From contig QZKE01000021.1 of the NCBI GenBank assembly GCA_003598015.1, positions 10,701 to 74,700 on the forward strand: a stretch of 64,000 nucleotides of DNA. The letters run 5' to 3'. The DNA comes from Actinomycetota bacterium. Its GTDB lineage: Bacteria; Actinomycetota; Geothermincolia; Geothermincolales; RBG-13-55-18. The translations under genes and the position numbers were made by a program. Shown one piece after another: positions 27,090 through 36,053 of this stretch. The notes beneath the pieces were generated by a model. That model saw only the letters and a program-made list of their open reading frames with translations. It was not told the DNA's origin and made no database searches. Position 1 is the stretch's first letter. Each line of letters opens with the position of its first letter.

Positions 27090-28832
27090 ATGTCCAACAT
27101 GGACCCGAGGGGGGAGAAGATGAAATCGTTGAAGAGGTTTCAGCCCGACTGGCGAGAGGACGTTCCGGCGGCGGACTCATACCGGTCCATTTTCAAATAC
27201 GACCCGAACAAGTTCAAGCACCCCAGCACCGGCTGGTACGAGATGTTCAAGAGCGAGTTCGCAATGACCGACGCGGACTTCCAGGAGAGGCAGCCGGGCG
27301 GCGATGAACGGGTCGTGCTCGACCGCAAGCCACGGCTGAGCGAAAGCCAGGTCAATGCCTTCAGGAGGATCGTCGGGGAGGAAAACGTCGCCACCGACGA
27401 CTACAGCAGGGTCAAGTTCAGCCATGGCAAATCCCTCGATGAAGCGCTTGCCCTCAGGGTCGGCAAGGTGGGCAGGGTACCCGACCTCGCCGTGCATCCG
27501 CGCAACAAGGAAGAGATCGCGGAGATCGTCAAGTACTGCAATGCCGAGAGGATCCCCATCATCACCTATGGAGCCGGATCGGGAGTGGTCCTGGGCATGA
27601 GGGCCAGCGAGGGCGGCATCGCACTGGTCCTGAGGACCCACATGAACAAGGTCTTGTCCATCAGCGACCTCAACCAGACAGCGGTGGTCCAGCCCGGGAT
27701 AATAGGCCCGGATTACGAAGCAGCCCTGAATGATGCTCCCAGGCTGTTCGGCTCAACGCGCAGCTACACCTGCGGTTATTTTCCGCAGTCCTTCGAGCTG
27801 GCGTCGGTGGGCGGGTGGATAGCGACCCTGGGATCAGGGCAGGCTTCGACCTACTACGGCGACGCCTGCGATATCGTTCTCAGCCAGGAGGTTGTGACCC
27901 CGGTTGGAGAGATAAAGACCAAGGATATCCCCGGAACCGCCACCGGGCCCAAGGTGAACGACATCCTCAAGGGAAGCGAGGGAACCTACGGCATCCTGGT
28001 CGAAGCCACCATGAAGATCTTCAGGTACATGCCCGAGAACACCCAGCGCTTCTCCTTCATGTTCCCCTCGTGGGAGTCCACGGTTGATGCGGCCAGGGAG
28101 ATCATGCAGGGCGAGTTCGGCCTGCCGGCGGTGTTGCGCATCTCGGATCCCGAGGAGACCGAGATCGGGCTCAAGCTCAAACTGAAGGGCTTCACCGGCA
28201 GCATCCTCGACGGGCTTCTGAGGAGGCGGGGATTCATTCCCATGCAGCGCTGCCTGTGCATCGGGACGGTGGAGGGCGAGGAGGGATACGCGAAACACGT
28301 CAGGAAGATGGCCTCGAGGATCGCGCGCTCCCTGGGCGGCATGTCGCTTACCGGTTACGCCACCCGGCAGTGGGAGCACGGCAGATATTCCGACGTGCAC
28401 ATGAGGGAGGACCTGCTGGACTACAGCATCATCATCGACACGCTGGAAACCGGCGTCACGTGGGAGAACCTGCATCGGCTGCATGGGGGAGTGCGGTCAT
28501 TCGTGAAGCGAAGGCCGGGGACGATATGCATGACCCATGCTTCGCACTTCTACCCGCAGGGGACCAACCTGTATTTTATCTTCATGATGAGGCCCAAGGA
28601 CGCCGAAGAGTTCTTCCGCTTCCGCGAGGGGGTGGTGGACAGGATGGTCGAACACGGTGGATCCATCAGCCATCACCATGGCATCGGCACGATGTTCGCA
28701 CCCTGGATGGAGCCCCATCTCGGCCGGGAACAGATGGAGGTGCTGCGGGCGCTGAAGAAACACTTCGACCCGCGCAACATCATGAACCCGGGCGGAGTCC
28801 TCGATCTGGATCCACGGGAGGAAGCGGATTGA
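27090..28832 (+). CDS. FAD-linked oxidase, alkyl-dihydroxyacetonephosphate-synthase (AGPS)-like subfamily
   Basis: 580 aa. RVKFSHGKSLDEALALRVGKVGRVPDLAVHP..., ELASVGGWIATLGSGQAS, and C-terminal GGSISHHHGIGT...DPRNIMNPG are collinear with my memory of AGPS rather than plain GlcD. Confidence 0.7.
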   Translation: MSNMDPRGEKMKSLKRFQPDWREDVPAADSYRSIFKYDPNKFKHPSTGWYEMFKSEFAMTDADFQERQPGGDERVVLDRKPRLSESQVNAFRRIVGEENVATDDYSRVKFSHGKSLDEALALRVGKVGRVPDLAVHPRNKEEIAEIVKYCNAERIPIITYGAGSGVVLGMRASEGGIALVLRTHMNKVLSISDLNQTAVVQPGIIGPDYEAALNDAPRLFGSTRSYTCGYFPQSFELASVGGWIATLGSGQASTYYGDACDIVLSQEVVTPVGEIKTKDIPGTATGPKVNDILKGSEGTYGILVEATMKIFRYMPENTQRFSFMFPSWESTVDAAREIMQGEFGLPAVLRISDPEETEIGLKLKLKGFTGSILDGLLRRRGFIPMQRCLCIGTVEGEEGYAKHVRKMASRIARSLGGMSLTGYATRQWEHGRYSDVHMREDLLDYSIIIDTLETGVTWENLHRLHGGVRSFVKRRPGTICMTHASHFYPQGTNLYFIFMMRPKDAEEFFRFREGVVDRMVEHGGSISHHHGIGTMFAPWMEPHLGREQMEVLRALKKHFDPRNIMNPGGVLDLDPREEAD

Positions 28833-28909
28833 ACCGCACCCCGTACCTCGGCGCTCTCTGCATGAGATTACGGGAAGGCGGCCAGCCATGCGAGGCGAGG
28901 CCCCCCGGC

Positions 28910-29090
28910 TCAAGGCCTGTATTTCTTCACCGCAGCGAGCATGGCTTTGACGTTCTCGGGCTTGGCGTCGATGGGGATCGAGCAGCCGGAGCTCAGGATG
29001 AACCCCCCCGTCCTGGCCGATCTCGGTGATGAGTCTGTGGCAGTACTCGTCAACCTCATGTTCATCGGTCAAGGGGAGTGTGAGGCACAC
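28910..29090 (-). pseudogene. C-terminal remnant of a uroporphyrinogen-decarboxylase (URO-D/MtaA-like) family gene, frameshifted in a C7/G7 run
   Basis: The minus strand reads ...LPLTDEHEVDEYCHRLITEIGQDGG in one frame, then FILSSGCSIPIDAKPENVKAMLAAVKKYRP* in the frame offset by one. The junction is at the homopolymer 29003-29009. GGFILSSGCSIP....EN(I/V)KAM is the characteristic URO-D-family C-terminus. The upstream roughly 280 codons are absent and the amidohydrolase gene begins to overlap here. Confidence 0.55.
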
Positions 29091-30507
29091 CGTCCCGCAT
29101 GACCAGGGCGGGACTTCTCACCGCCGCGATATTCTCCAGCGGATCGTTTTCGTACAGAACTATATCACCCCGATATCCCGCTTTGATCCGCCCGACGTCA
29201 TCTACGCGCAGCAGCCTGGCCGCATCGATGGTCGCGGACCGCAGGGCCTGCGCGTTGCTCAAGCCGGCCTCGGTCATGCGGCACAACTCCTCGGGAAGGA
29301 TCCCCATCATCATGTGCACGCCGGCATCCGACGCGGCGCCGATGAGGATACCGCTGTCCGCGAGCAGCTTCAGGTTGCGCATCTTCTGGAACACGAGATC
29401 CCGCACGAACGCCAGGTCCATGATCTTGCGGCGCGGCTTCAGGCCGTAGATATCCTGCCCCGCCGCGACCTCGTGCAGCAGGCGGGTGATATCCCCCCGC
29501 GGCCTGGGCAGGAGATTGGACTTGCCCTCCTCGATCATGTGCAGGAACTTCTGCGGTTCGTGCGCGAACGCGGACTGCTCCAGGTCCGACGTCACGGGGA
29601 GGCCGCGTTCGGCCATCCTGGCGAGGGTCCGGGCGTCGATCTCGCCGTCCTCGGTTATGTGCTCGAGGGTATCGAAGGGCAGCTCGAGCAGCTCTTTCAG
29701 GTCCTGCAGCCAGTAATGATGCACGGCCACCGGCAAGCCGTGATGGTGCGCGCGGTCCGCGATGGCCCGGAAGAGCCGCGCGGAGGGTTTGCTCAGCGGC
29801 GTCCGGGCCATGTCGAAGAGGGCACCCTGGTAGCCGATCTTGATCCAATCCACACCCGCCCCGGCCAGTCTATCGACCCACGAGACGGCATCCCGTTCGC
29901 CGGCGAGCTCCAGCTTCAGCGGTCCTCCCAGGACGCGCTGGTAGAATTGATCCCTGGGTACGTACGGCGGATAACCGCCTTCCACGGTGAGCATGGGACC
30001 CGCGCACAGGACCCTGGGAAAACCCGAGCACGCATCCTCGGCGAGCGATTTGAACAGGAGCGAAACCCTCAAGACCGACATCATGTCCCGCACCAGGGTG
30101 ACGCCGCTCTGCAATTGGGCGCGATGGTTGAGGTATACCTGTCTCAACAGCCACCGGAAATCCGAGATCCCGGGCAGCGCGGTGATGAAGATGCCGCAGA
30201 TATGCACATGGCAGTCGATGAGTCCCGGAAGGGCGAAGCGGTTCCTGCCCTCCAGGACCTTTAATCCCCGGGAATCTAATTCACCGGCGGGGGCGACCAG
30301 GGATATCCTTCCATTTTCCAGCTTGATGTCGCTGGGCTCAGCCCGGGTGCGTTCCTCTTCCACGTCCACCAGGCGGACATCCTTCAGGAGCACCGGTACG
30401 TCTTTGTATTCGTATGCAGGTCCCTTCCATGCTCGGTGTGCGGCGCCGGCGGCGCGCGCGAAGCTCTCCACTGCGTGCATCAGCGAAGCAACGGCATGCA
30501 TGGACAT
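29062..30507 (-). CDS. amidohydrolase-family metal-dependent hydrolase
   Basis: 481 aa. LPGLIDCHVHI metal motif, and ...GDIVLYENDPLENI... near the C-terminus. Confidence 0.8.
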   Translation of the reverse strand: MSMHAVASLMHAVESFARAAGAAHRAWKGPAYEYKDVPVLLKDVRLVDVEEERTRAEPSDIKLENGRISLVAPAGELDSRGLKVLEGRNRFALPGLIDCHVHICGIFITALPGISDFRWLLRQVYLNHRAQLQSGVTLVRDMMSVLRVSLLFKSLAEDACSGFPRVLCAGPMLTVEGGYPPYVPRDQFYQRVLGGPLKLELAGERDAVSWVDRLAGAGVDWIKIGYQGALFDMARTPLSKPSARLFRAIADRAHHHGLPVAVHHYWLQDLKELLELPFDTLEHITEDGEIDARTLARMAERGLPVTSDLEQSAFAHEPQKFLHMIEEGKSNLLPRPRGDITRLLHEVAAGQDIYGLKPRRKIMDLAFVRDLVFQKMRNLKLLADSGILIGAASDAGVHMMMGILPEELCRMTEAGLSNAQALRSATIDAARLLRVDDVGRIKAGYRGDIVLYENDPLENIAAVRSPALVMRDGVPHTPLDR

Positions 30508-30641
30508 GATGCGTCTATCCTTTCAGCAACCTGGGTACAGCCCGTCAGTATTATAGGCCATTGCGGGGCACTGCCGCTCTTGCAAGAACCGGATCTACCA
30601 TGCGCGAGGCATCGCTGGCGATGCGAGCGTGCGGACCGGCC

Positions 30642-33395
30642 CTATTTACTGCTCGCGATGTCGCTCTTCTTTTTGCCGGGGATGAGACCCAGCAGGGGCT
30701 TGACGGCCTCGCCCAGGAGCATGATGGCCAGGGTGATGCCCAGACAGAGCGCCCACTGCCGGGGCGTGAGCGCGGTGGTGTTGAAGGCATCCTGCAGCAG
30801 CGGTATCTCGGTTATGACCACCATCCCCGCGATGGCCCACAGGAAGGAGAGGAAGAGCTTGAGGTTGGAAAGGCTCTCGCGGCGGAAGACGCTGATATCG
30901 GGGTAGCGCAGGTTCAGGGCTATGGCGATGTGGGATATGGCGAATACCGTGAGCGCCATGGTCTGCGCCGTGGCCGCGTTGTTGTCGGTGTGCATGACCC
31001 ATTGCCGCGCCAGCAGTGCGGCGGCAGCCATGAGTATCCCCGAGAAGGCGATCTGGATGCCGGTGCGCAGGTCGATGATGGGTTGACGGGAGGGCCTGGG
31101 CTTGCGCTGCATGAGACCCGGCGTAGGCGTGTCGAAACCCAGGGCCGCCCCGATGAAGAGCAGGGCGCCGAAGTGCACCCATATCACCTGCCCGGGCGTG
31201 AAGAGGGAGACGCTCAACAGGACGCCGGCCGCGAGGAAGCCCAGGATGAAGCCGACCAGGTTGGACATCTGCATGCGGATGAATTTCATGAGGTTGTCGT
31301 AGATTATGCGCCCTTCCTCGACGGCGCCTACGATGGTGCTGAAATTGTCGTCGGCCAACACCATGTCCGATGCCCCCCTGGCCACATCGGTGCCGGAGAG
31401 GCCCATGGCCACGCCGATGTCCGCGGTCTTGAGGGCGGGCGCGTCGTTGACCCCGTCGCCGGTCATGGCCACGATATCGCCCCTGACCTGGAGGCTCTTC
31501 ACCATGCGCACCTTGTCCTGGGGCGCCACGCGGGCCAGCACCCCTATGCCGTCGATCTGGCTCGCCACCTCTTCGTCGCTCATGGCCTCGAAATCCGTGC
31601 CCGTGATCACCCGACCCTCTATGCCCAGTTCGCGGGCGACGGCCGCCGCGGTGACCGCGTGGTCCCCGGTTATCATGCGTACATGGATGCCTGCCTTCTT
31701 GCTCTCGGCGATGGAGTCCTTGGCCTCCTTGCGCGGGGGGTCCTGAATACCGACCAGGGAAAGGAGGGTCAGGTCACTTACATCCTGAAGGAGGTCTCCC
31801 CCGGGGTCGAAGGTCTGCGGGTCGAAGTCGCGGCTGGCCACGGCCAGCTCGCGCAGGCCGTCCCCGGCCAGTTTCTCGATCACCTCACTCACCTGCCCGG
31901 CCATTTCATCGTCGAGGGAGGCCGTTTTCCCGTCCAGCATGCGGATATGGCTGGAACGTTCCATGAGTTTATCCGGCGCTCCCTTGACGAAGCAGCGGAC
32001 CACCTTATCGCCCGCTCCGGCGTCCATCTCGTGGAAGGTGGCCATGAGCATGTACTGGGAATCGAAGGGCAGGGTGGCCAGGCGCGGGAAATGCGCCCGG
32101 GTTGCCTCGGCGTCTATGCCTTGTTTGGCCGCCAGGACGACCAGGGCGCCCTCGTTGGGGTCACCGACGCATTTCCCGTCGTGCACGGTGGCGTCCGAGC
32201 AGAGCACCATGGGAAGGAGCACCGGTTCCAGGTCCACGTCTCCCTGGCCGGCGATGCGCTGTATGTCGCCGTCGGTGGAGTAGCCGTGCCCGGTCACGTT
32301 ATAGCGGGCTCCGGGCAGGATGAGGGTGCGCACGGTCATCTGGTTCATGGTCAGGGTACCCGTCTTATCCGAGCAGATGGCCGAGGTGGAACCGAGGGTC
32401 TCCACCGAGGGCAAGTGCTTGATGATGGCTTTCCTCCTGGCCATGGCCACGGTCCCGATGGAGAGGATGGAGGTCACCACCGCGGGCAAGGCGTCGGGGA
32501 TGGCCCCCACGGACAGCGCCACGCCGAGGGTGAAGAGGGCCGAGAACTCCTCACCTTCAATCAGGCCGGAGACCAGCACGCTCGCGAAGGCTACGCCGGC
32601 CATGATCAGGATGATGCGTATGAGCTGGTCCAGCTGCTTCATCAGCGGCGTCTTCTCTTCCCTGGCTTCCTGAAGGCTGTCGGCTATCCCCCCCACCTGG
32701 GTGGACATGCCGGTGGCCGTGACCATCATCTCGCCGCGTCCCCGCGTGGCGTCGGTGTTCATGAACAGCATGTTGACGCGGTCGCCCAGGGGCACATCGG
32801 GCGTGGCAATGGCATCCGTGCTCTTGAGTACGGGCGAGCTCTCCCCGGTGAGCGTGGATTCCTCCACCTCCAGCGTGGCGGCCGAGAGCAGCCTTCCGTC
32901 GGCGGGGATGCGGTCGCCCTCGCGGATTAGCAGTATGTCCCCGGGGACGAGCCTGGCCGCGGGCAGCGAGACCACTTCTCCGTCGCGCCTCACGTGGGCC
33001 TCCGGCACCAGCATCCCTTTCAGGGCATCCACGCTGCGCTGGGCTTTGCTCTCCTGTATCATGCCCAGGATGGCGTTGAACACGGTGACGCAGACCAGGA
33101 GGCCGGTGGTGGAATAATCGCCGATGATGATGCTGACCGCCGCGGCTCCCACCAGTACCAGCTGCATAAGCGGGCGGTACTGGCGCAGGAAGGCCGCGAC
33201 CACGGATTCCCGTTTCTCCTCCGCGAGCTCGTTGGGCCCGTACTCCTCCAGGCGCTTCTCAGCCTCGGCGGCGCTCAGCCCGGATGAGGGACCGACACCG
33301 AGCTTGCGGGTACATTCCTCGACGTTGAGGGCGTACCAGGCGGCGTCCGCTCCTGCTGAAGTGGTAGGCTCCCCCTGTTTGCGCTTCCTCTTCAT
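30642..33395 (-). CDS. cation-transporting P-type ATPase (P2-like)
   Basis: 917 aa from ATG 33395 (MKRKRKQGE...). CSDKTGTLT, MITGDH and MTGDGVNDAPALK. The TM4 motif reads PDALP instead of PEGLP. Confidence 0.9.
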   Translation of the reverse strand: MKRKRKQGEPTTSAGADAAWYALNVEECTRKLGVGPSSGLSAAEAEKRLEEYGPNELAEEKRESVVAAFLRQYRPLMQLVLVGAAAVSIIIGDYSTTGLLVCVTVFNAILGMIQESKAQRSVDALKGMLVPEAHVRRDGEVVSLPAARLVPGDILLIREGDRIPADGRLLSAATLEVEESTLTGESSPVLKSTDAIATPDVPLGDRVNMLFMNTDATRGRGEMMVTATGMSTQVGGIADSLQEAREEKTPLMKQLDQLIRIILIMAGVAFASVLVSGLIEGEEFSALFTLGVALSVGAIPDALPAVVTSILSIGTVAMARRKAIIKHLPSVETLGSTSAICSDKTGTLTMNQMTVRTLILPGARYNVTGHGYSTDGDIQRIAGQGDVDLEPVLLPMVLCSDATVHDGKCVGDPNEGALVVLAAKQGIDAEATRAHFPRLATLPFDSQYMLMATFHEMDAGAGDKVVRCFVKGAPDKLMERSSHIRMLDGKTASLDDEMAGQVSEVIEKLAGDGLRELAVASRDFDPQTFDPGGDLLQDVSDLTLLSLVGIQDPPRKEAKDSIAESKKAGIHVRMITGDHAVTAAAVARELGIEGRVITGTDFEAMSDEEVASQIDGIGVLARVAPQDKVRMVKSLQVRGDIVAMTGDGVNDAPALKTADIGVAMGLSGTDVARGASDMVLADDNFSTIVGAVEEGRIIYDNLMKFIRMQMSNLVGFILGFLAAGVLLSVSLFTPGQVIWVHFGALLFIGAALGFDTPTPGLMQRKPRPSRQPIIDLRTGIQIAFSGILMAAAALLARQWVMHTDNNAATAQTMALTVFAISHIAIALNLRYPDISVFRRESLSNLKLFLSFLWAIAGMVVITEIPLLQDAFNTTALTPRQWALCLGITLAIMLLGEAVKPLLGLIPGKKKSDIASSK

Positions 33396-33554
33396 GCTGA
33401 CCTCATTCCCTCGCCCGTGACTCTGCATCCACACTTTCATGTAATTCGGCTTCAGGCGGGGGTTTAATTAGTGGGCGCATCGCATACGGTTCGCACGAGG
33501 CCGCTCCACCGGCGCGGCGGTTTCCCGGATACGGGGACCGGAAGGCCGTCCGCC

Positions 33555-36053
33555 CTAGGGAGCGTACCCCACCACGTCGTGGCCGCCGTCCCAGGTCCCG
33601 TTGTAATTGAAGTACATAGGCCTCTCTACCATGATGTCGGGGCCCTCCGTGACCCGCAGGCGGCAGGAGAGCTGGTAGCCCACCCCGGCATGCATATTGA
33701 CCGGTAGGGTGTAGCGGCTCTTGGGAGCTATGGGAACGATGCTGGGGGCAAGGGGCCCTACCTCCTGGGTATAGTAGGCCACCTCCACCTTGGCCTCCGC
33801 ATCCCCGGTGTTCTGGATGCACAGCCACTCCTCGAAGTTGTTCCCGGTGAAGCCCTCTGCGAAGAACCAGGTGCCGGCCTGGTAGGGGACCCCGATGACG
33901 CAGTGGCCGCCCTGCCAGTGATGGTAACCCATGCCCAGGTAGTCGAAGTACATGGGCCGTTCGGCCAGGAAGACCGAAGCGCAGTCCAAATGGACGGACA
34001 CGTCCTTCAAGGTCCCCACCTGGGAGGGCACGAAGATGGTGAAGCGCCGGCCGGCCTCTATAGTGTAGCTCTTGGGGACCGGCTCACCCTGCCCCGGCCC
34101 CAGTTGGTAGGTGGCCTCCACGGTGATGGGGAAGGCGTTGGGGTTCTGCAGGGTTATCCACTCCTCGAACTCGCTGCGGGTGGTGCCCTCGGCGAAATAG
34201 TACTCCCGGGCCAGGTTGGGTGCTCCCATCACGCAGTGGCCCCCCTCCCAGTTCCAGGCGTTGGTTCCCTGGTAGGTGAAGTACATGGGGCGCTCGGCCA
34301 CTACGGGCTGGGTGGAGGTGAGCTCCAGGGAGGTCTGGTAACCGTTGCCCAGGATCTGATTGACCTTGAAGCTGGCGCGGGAGTGGGCGGCAACGGATAA
34401 GCCGGTGACCTCCTTGAGCCCCTCTTCCTGGGTCTGGAAGCGGAAGATGAGATCGGCTGCGGCGTCCCCCGGGTTGAGCACGCATATCCATTCCTCGAAG
34501 CCCGGTCCAGTATAACCCTCGGCGAAATACCAGCTGTTCGAGGGAATGGTTGCGCCGATGGTGTCATGGCCCCCCGACCACATGCCGCGGTAATCGAAGT
34601 ACATGGGACGCTCGGCCACGATAGACTGTTGGTACTCAACCTTTACGGAGACCTCCTTATCGGGGCCTACCGTAGCGTTGACGTTAACCGTGAACCTGGA
34701 CTTGGCTGGGACCTCCACCTGCTGCTCCTGGGTGCTCCCGTCGGTGAAGAGGTAGGTTATGGTGGAGGCCGCCGGGTCGTCCCCGGGATTGCCCAGACAG
34801 AGGTATTCCTGGAAGCCGCTCCCCGTGTAGCCCTCGGCGAAGTAGTAGGTGCCGGGCAGGTCGCCGGCCCAGACCTGGGTGCCGCTCGTGCTGTTGTAGG
34901 TCCCGGCATAGAACTCCCCCTGATACTCGACCATGCTGTGGATGAAAGGGTTGTCGGTCGGGTCCGCTATCCCGAAGCCGTTCGCGTTCACCTGGGTCCA
35001 CTTCGTGCCGCCGTCGTAGCGCCACACCTGGCAGCCGTTGACGTCGTTGGAGGTCCCGGCGTAGAGACTGCCCTTGAAATCGTCCATCGCCCAGATGTCT
35101 TCGTTCAAGGCCGGGTCGGCTATCCCGAAACCGTTCTGATTTACCTGCGTCCAGTCCGTCCCCCCGTCGTAGCGCCACACCTGGCAGCCGCCGCCGTGGT
35201 TGGGTGACTCCGCATACAACACCCCGTTGCAGACGGTGAAATTATGGATGGAACTGTTGTTGACAGGCGTGGCTATGCCGAAGCCGTTCTGGTTCACCTG
35301 CGTCCATGCGGTCCCGCCGTCATAGCGCCATACCTGGCAGCCCGAGACCTGGTTCCAGGTGCCGGCGTATATGTCGCCGGCGCAGCTTGCCATGCTCCAT
35401 ATCTGCCTGTTATCGCCGGGCACGGCTATGCCGAATCCATTCTGGTTCACCTGCGTCCAGGTGGTCCCACCGTCGTAACGCCATACCTGGCAGCCTACGC
35501 TCCCACTACGGGCCCCGGCGTAGATGCGGCCTTCGTGGACGACCATGTCGTGCGCGCCGCTGTTGATGGGAGGAAACGATACGCCATCGAAGCCATTCAC
35601 GTTCACCTGGTTCCAGTCCGTCCCGCCGTCGTACCTGTATACCTGGCAGCCCTCGAAATTGTTCCAGGTGGAGGCATAGAGCACACCGTCAAGGATGGCG
35701 AAGCTGTCGACCGCCTGGTTGTGGGCGGGGGTCCCTATCCCGAAGCCGTCCTCGCTCACCTTGGTCCACGAGGTATCCCCGTTGTACTCCCATACCTGGC
35801 ACCCGTTGATCTCGTTCCACGTGCCCAGGTAGAGGCGGTCGTTGTACACGACCATGTCGTGGGCGAGCTTATTGCTGGCGGGCACGGGGATGCCGAAACC
35901 GTCCTGGTTGACCTGCTTCCAGGAATAAACGTGGGCAAGGGTAGAGGTGGCCGAGACGGCCGTGAGCCCGATAGCCGAAAGACAGGCCATGACGGAAACA
36001 AGAAGGATTGTCGCGAGAATCGACCTGAAAGCTGTTCTCCGCAAGGTATTCAT
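33555..36053 (-). CDS. secreted repeat protein: signal peptide, seven ~50-aa propeller-like blades, four ~105-aa YFAEG...ERPMYF modules
   Basis: 832 aa from ATG 36053, with RBS GGAGGAAGGGG. N-terminus MNTLRRTAFRSILATILLVSVMACLSAIGLTAVSATSTLA. Blades follow the pattern W(T/K)QVNxNGFGI...(L/I)YAGT...GCQVWRYDGGT. The modules are listed in the findings. Confidence 0.85.
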   Translation of the reverse strand: MNTLRRTAFRSILATILLVSVMACLSAIGLTAVSATSTLAHVYSWKQVNQDGFGIPVPASNKLAHDMVVYNDRLYLGTWNEINGCQVWEYNGDTSWTKVSEDGFGIGTPAHNQAVDSFAILDGVLYASTWNNFEGCQVYRYDGGTDWNQVNVNGFDGVSFPPINSGAHDMVVHEGRIYAGARSGSVGCQVWRYDGGTTWTQVNQNGFGIAVPGDNRQIWSMASCAGDIYAGTWNQVSGCQVWRYDGGTAWTQVNQNGFGIATPVNNSSIHNFTVCNGVLYAESPNHGGGCQVWRYDGGTDWTQVNQNGFGIADPALNEDIWAMDDFKGSLYAGTSNDVNGCQVWRYDGGTKWTQVNANGFGIADPTDNPFIHSMVEYQGEFYAGTYNSTSGTQVWAGDLPGTYYFAEGYTGSGFQEYLCLGNPGDDPAASTITYLFTDGSTQEQQVEVPAKSRFTVNVNATVGPDKEVSVKVEYQQSIVAERPMYFDYRGMWSGGHDTIGATIPSNSWYFAEGYTGPGFEEWICVLNPGDAAADLIFRFQTQEEGLKEVTGLSVAAHSRASFKVNQILGNGYQTSLELTSTQPVVAERPMYFTYQGTNAWNWEGGHCVMGAPNLAREYYFAEGTTRSEFEEWITLQNPNAFPITVEATYQLGPGQGEPVPKSYTIEAGRRFTIFVPSQVGTLKDVSVHLDCASVFLAERPMYFDYLGMGYHHWQGGHCVIGVPYQAGTWFFAEGFTGNNFEEWLCIQNTGDAEAKVEVAYYTQEVGPLAPSIVPIAPKSRYTLPVNMHAGVGYQLSCRLRVTEGPDIMVERPMYFNYNGTWDGGHDVVGYAP
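33558..34853 (-). repeat. four tandem ~320-bp coding repeats (YFAEG...ERPMYF modules)
   Basis: The repeats begin TYYFAEGYTGSGFQEYLCLGNPG, SWYFAEGYTGPGFEEWICVLNPG, EYYFAEGTTRSEFEEWITLQNPN and TWFFAEGFTGNNFEEWLCIQNTG. Each ends in (A/V)ERPMYF.Y....W.GGH. Confidence 0.8.
34863..35924 (-). repeat. seven tandem ~150-bp coding repeats (propeller blades)
   Basis: Recurring DNA strings such as ccgtcgtagcgccacacctggcagcc with about 150-bp periodicity. Blades 4-6 are nearly identical at the protein level. Confidence 0.8.

Noticed and set aside
30561-32930. 789-aa plus-strand ORF opposite the P-type ATPase
   Set aside because: It is a shadow ORF of the ATPase gene, which carries DKTGT and GDGVNDAPAL on the minus strand. 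Its sequence is low-complexity and G/R/H/D-rich.
34863-35924. Regular ~150-bp DNA periodicity, considered as a CRISPR array or non-coding tandem repeat
   Set aside because: The repeats are in frame within one long ORF and encode propeller blades. There is no short-repeat/unique-spacer organisation and there are no cas genes.
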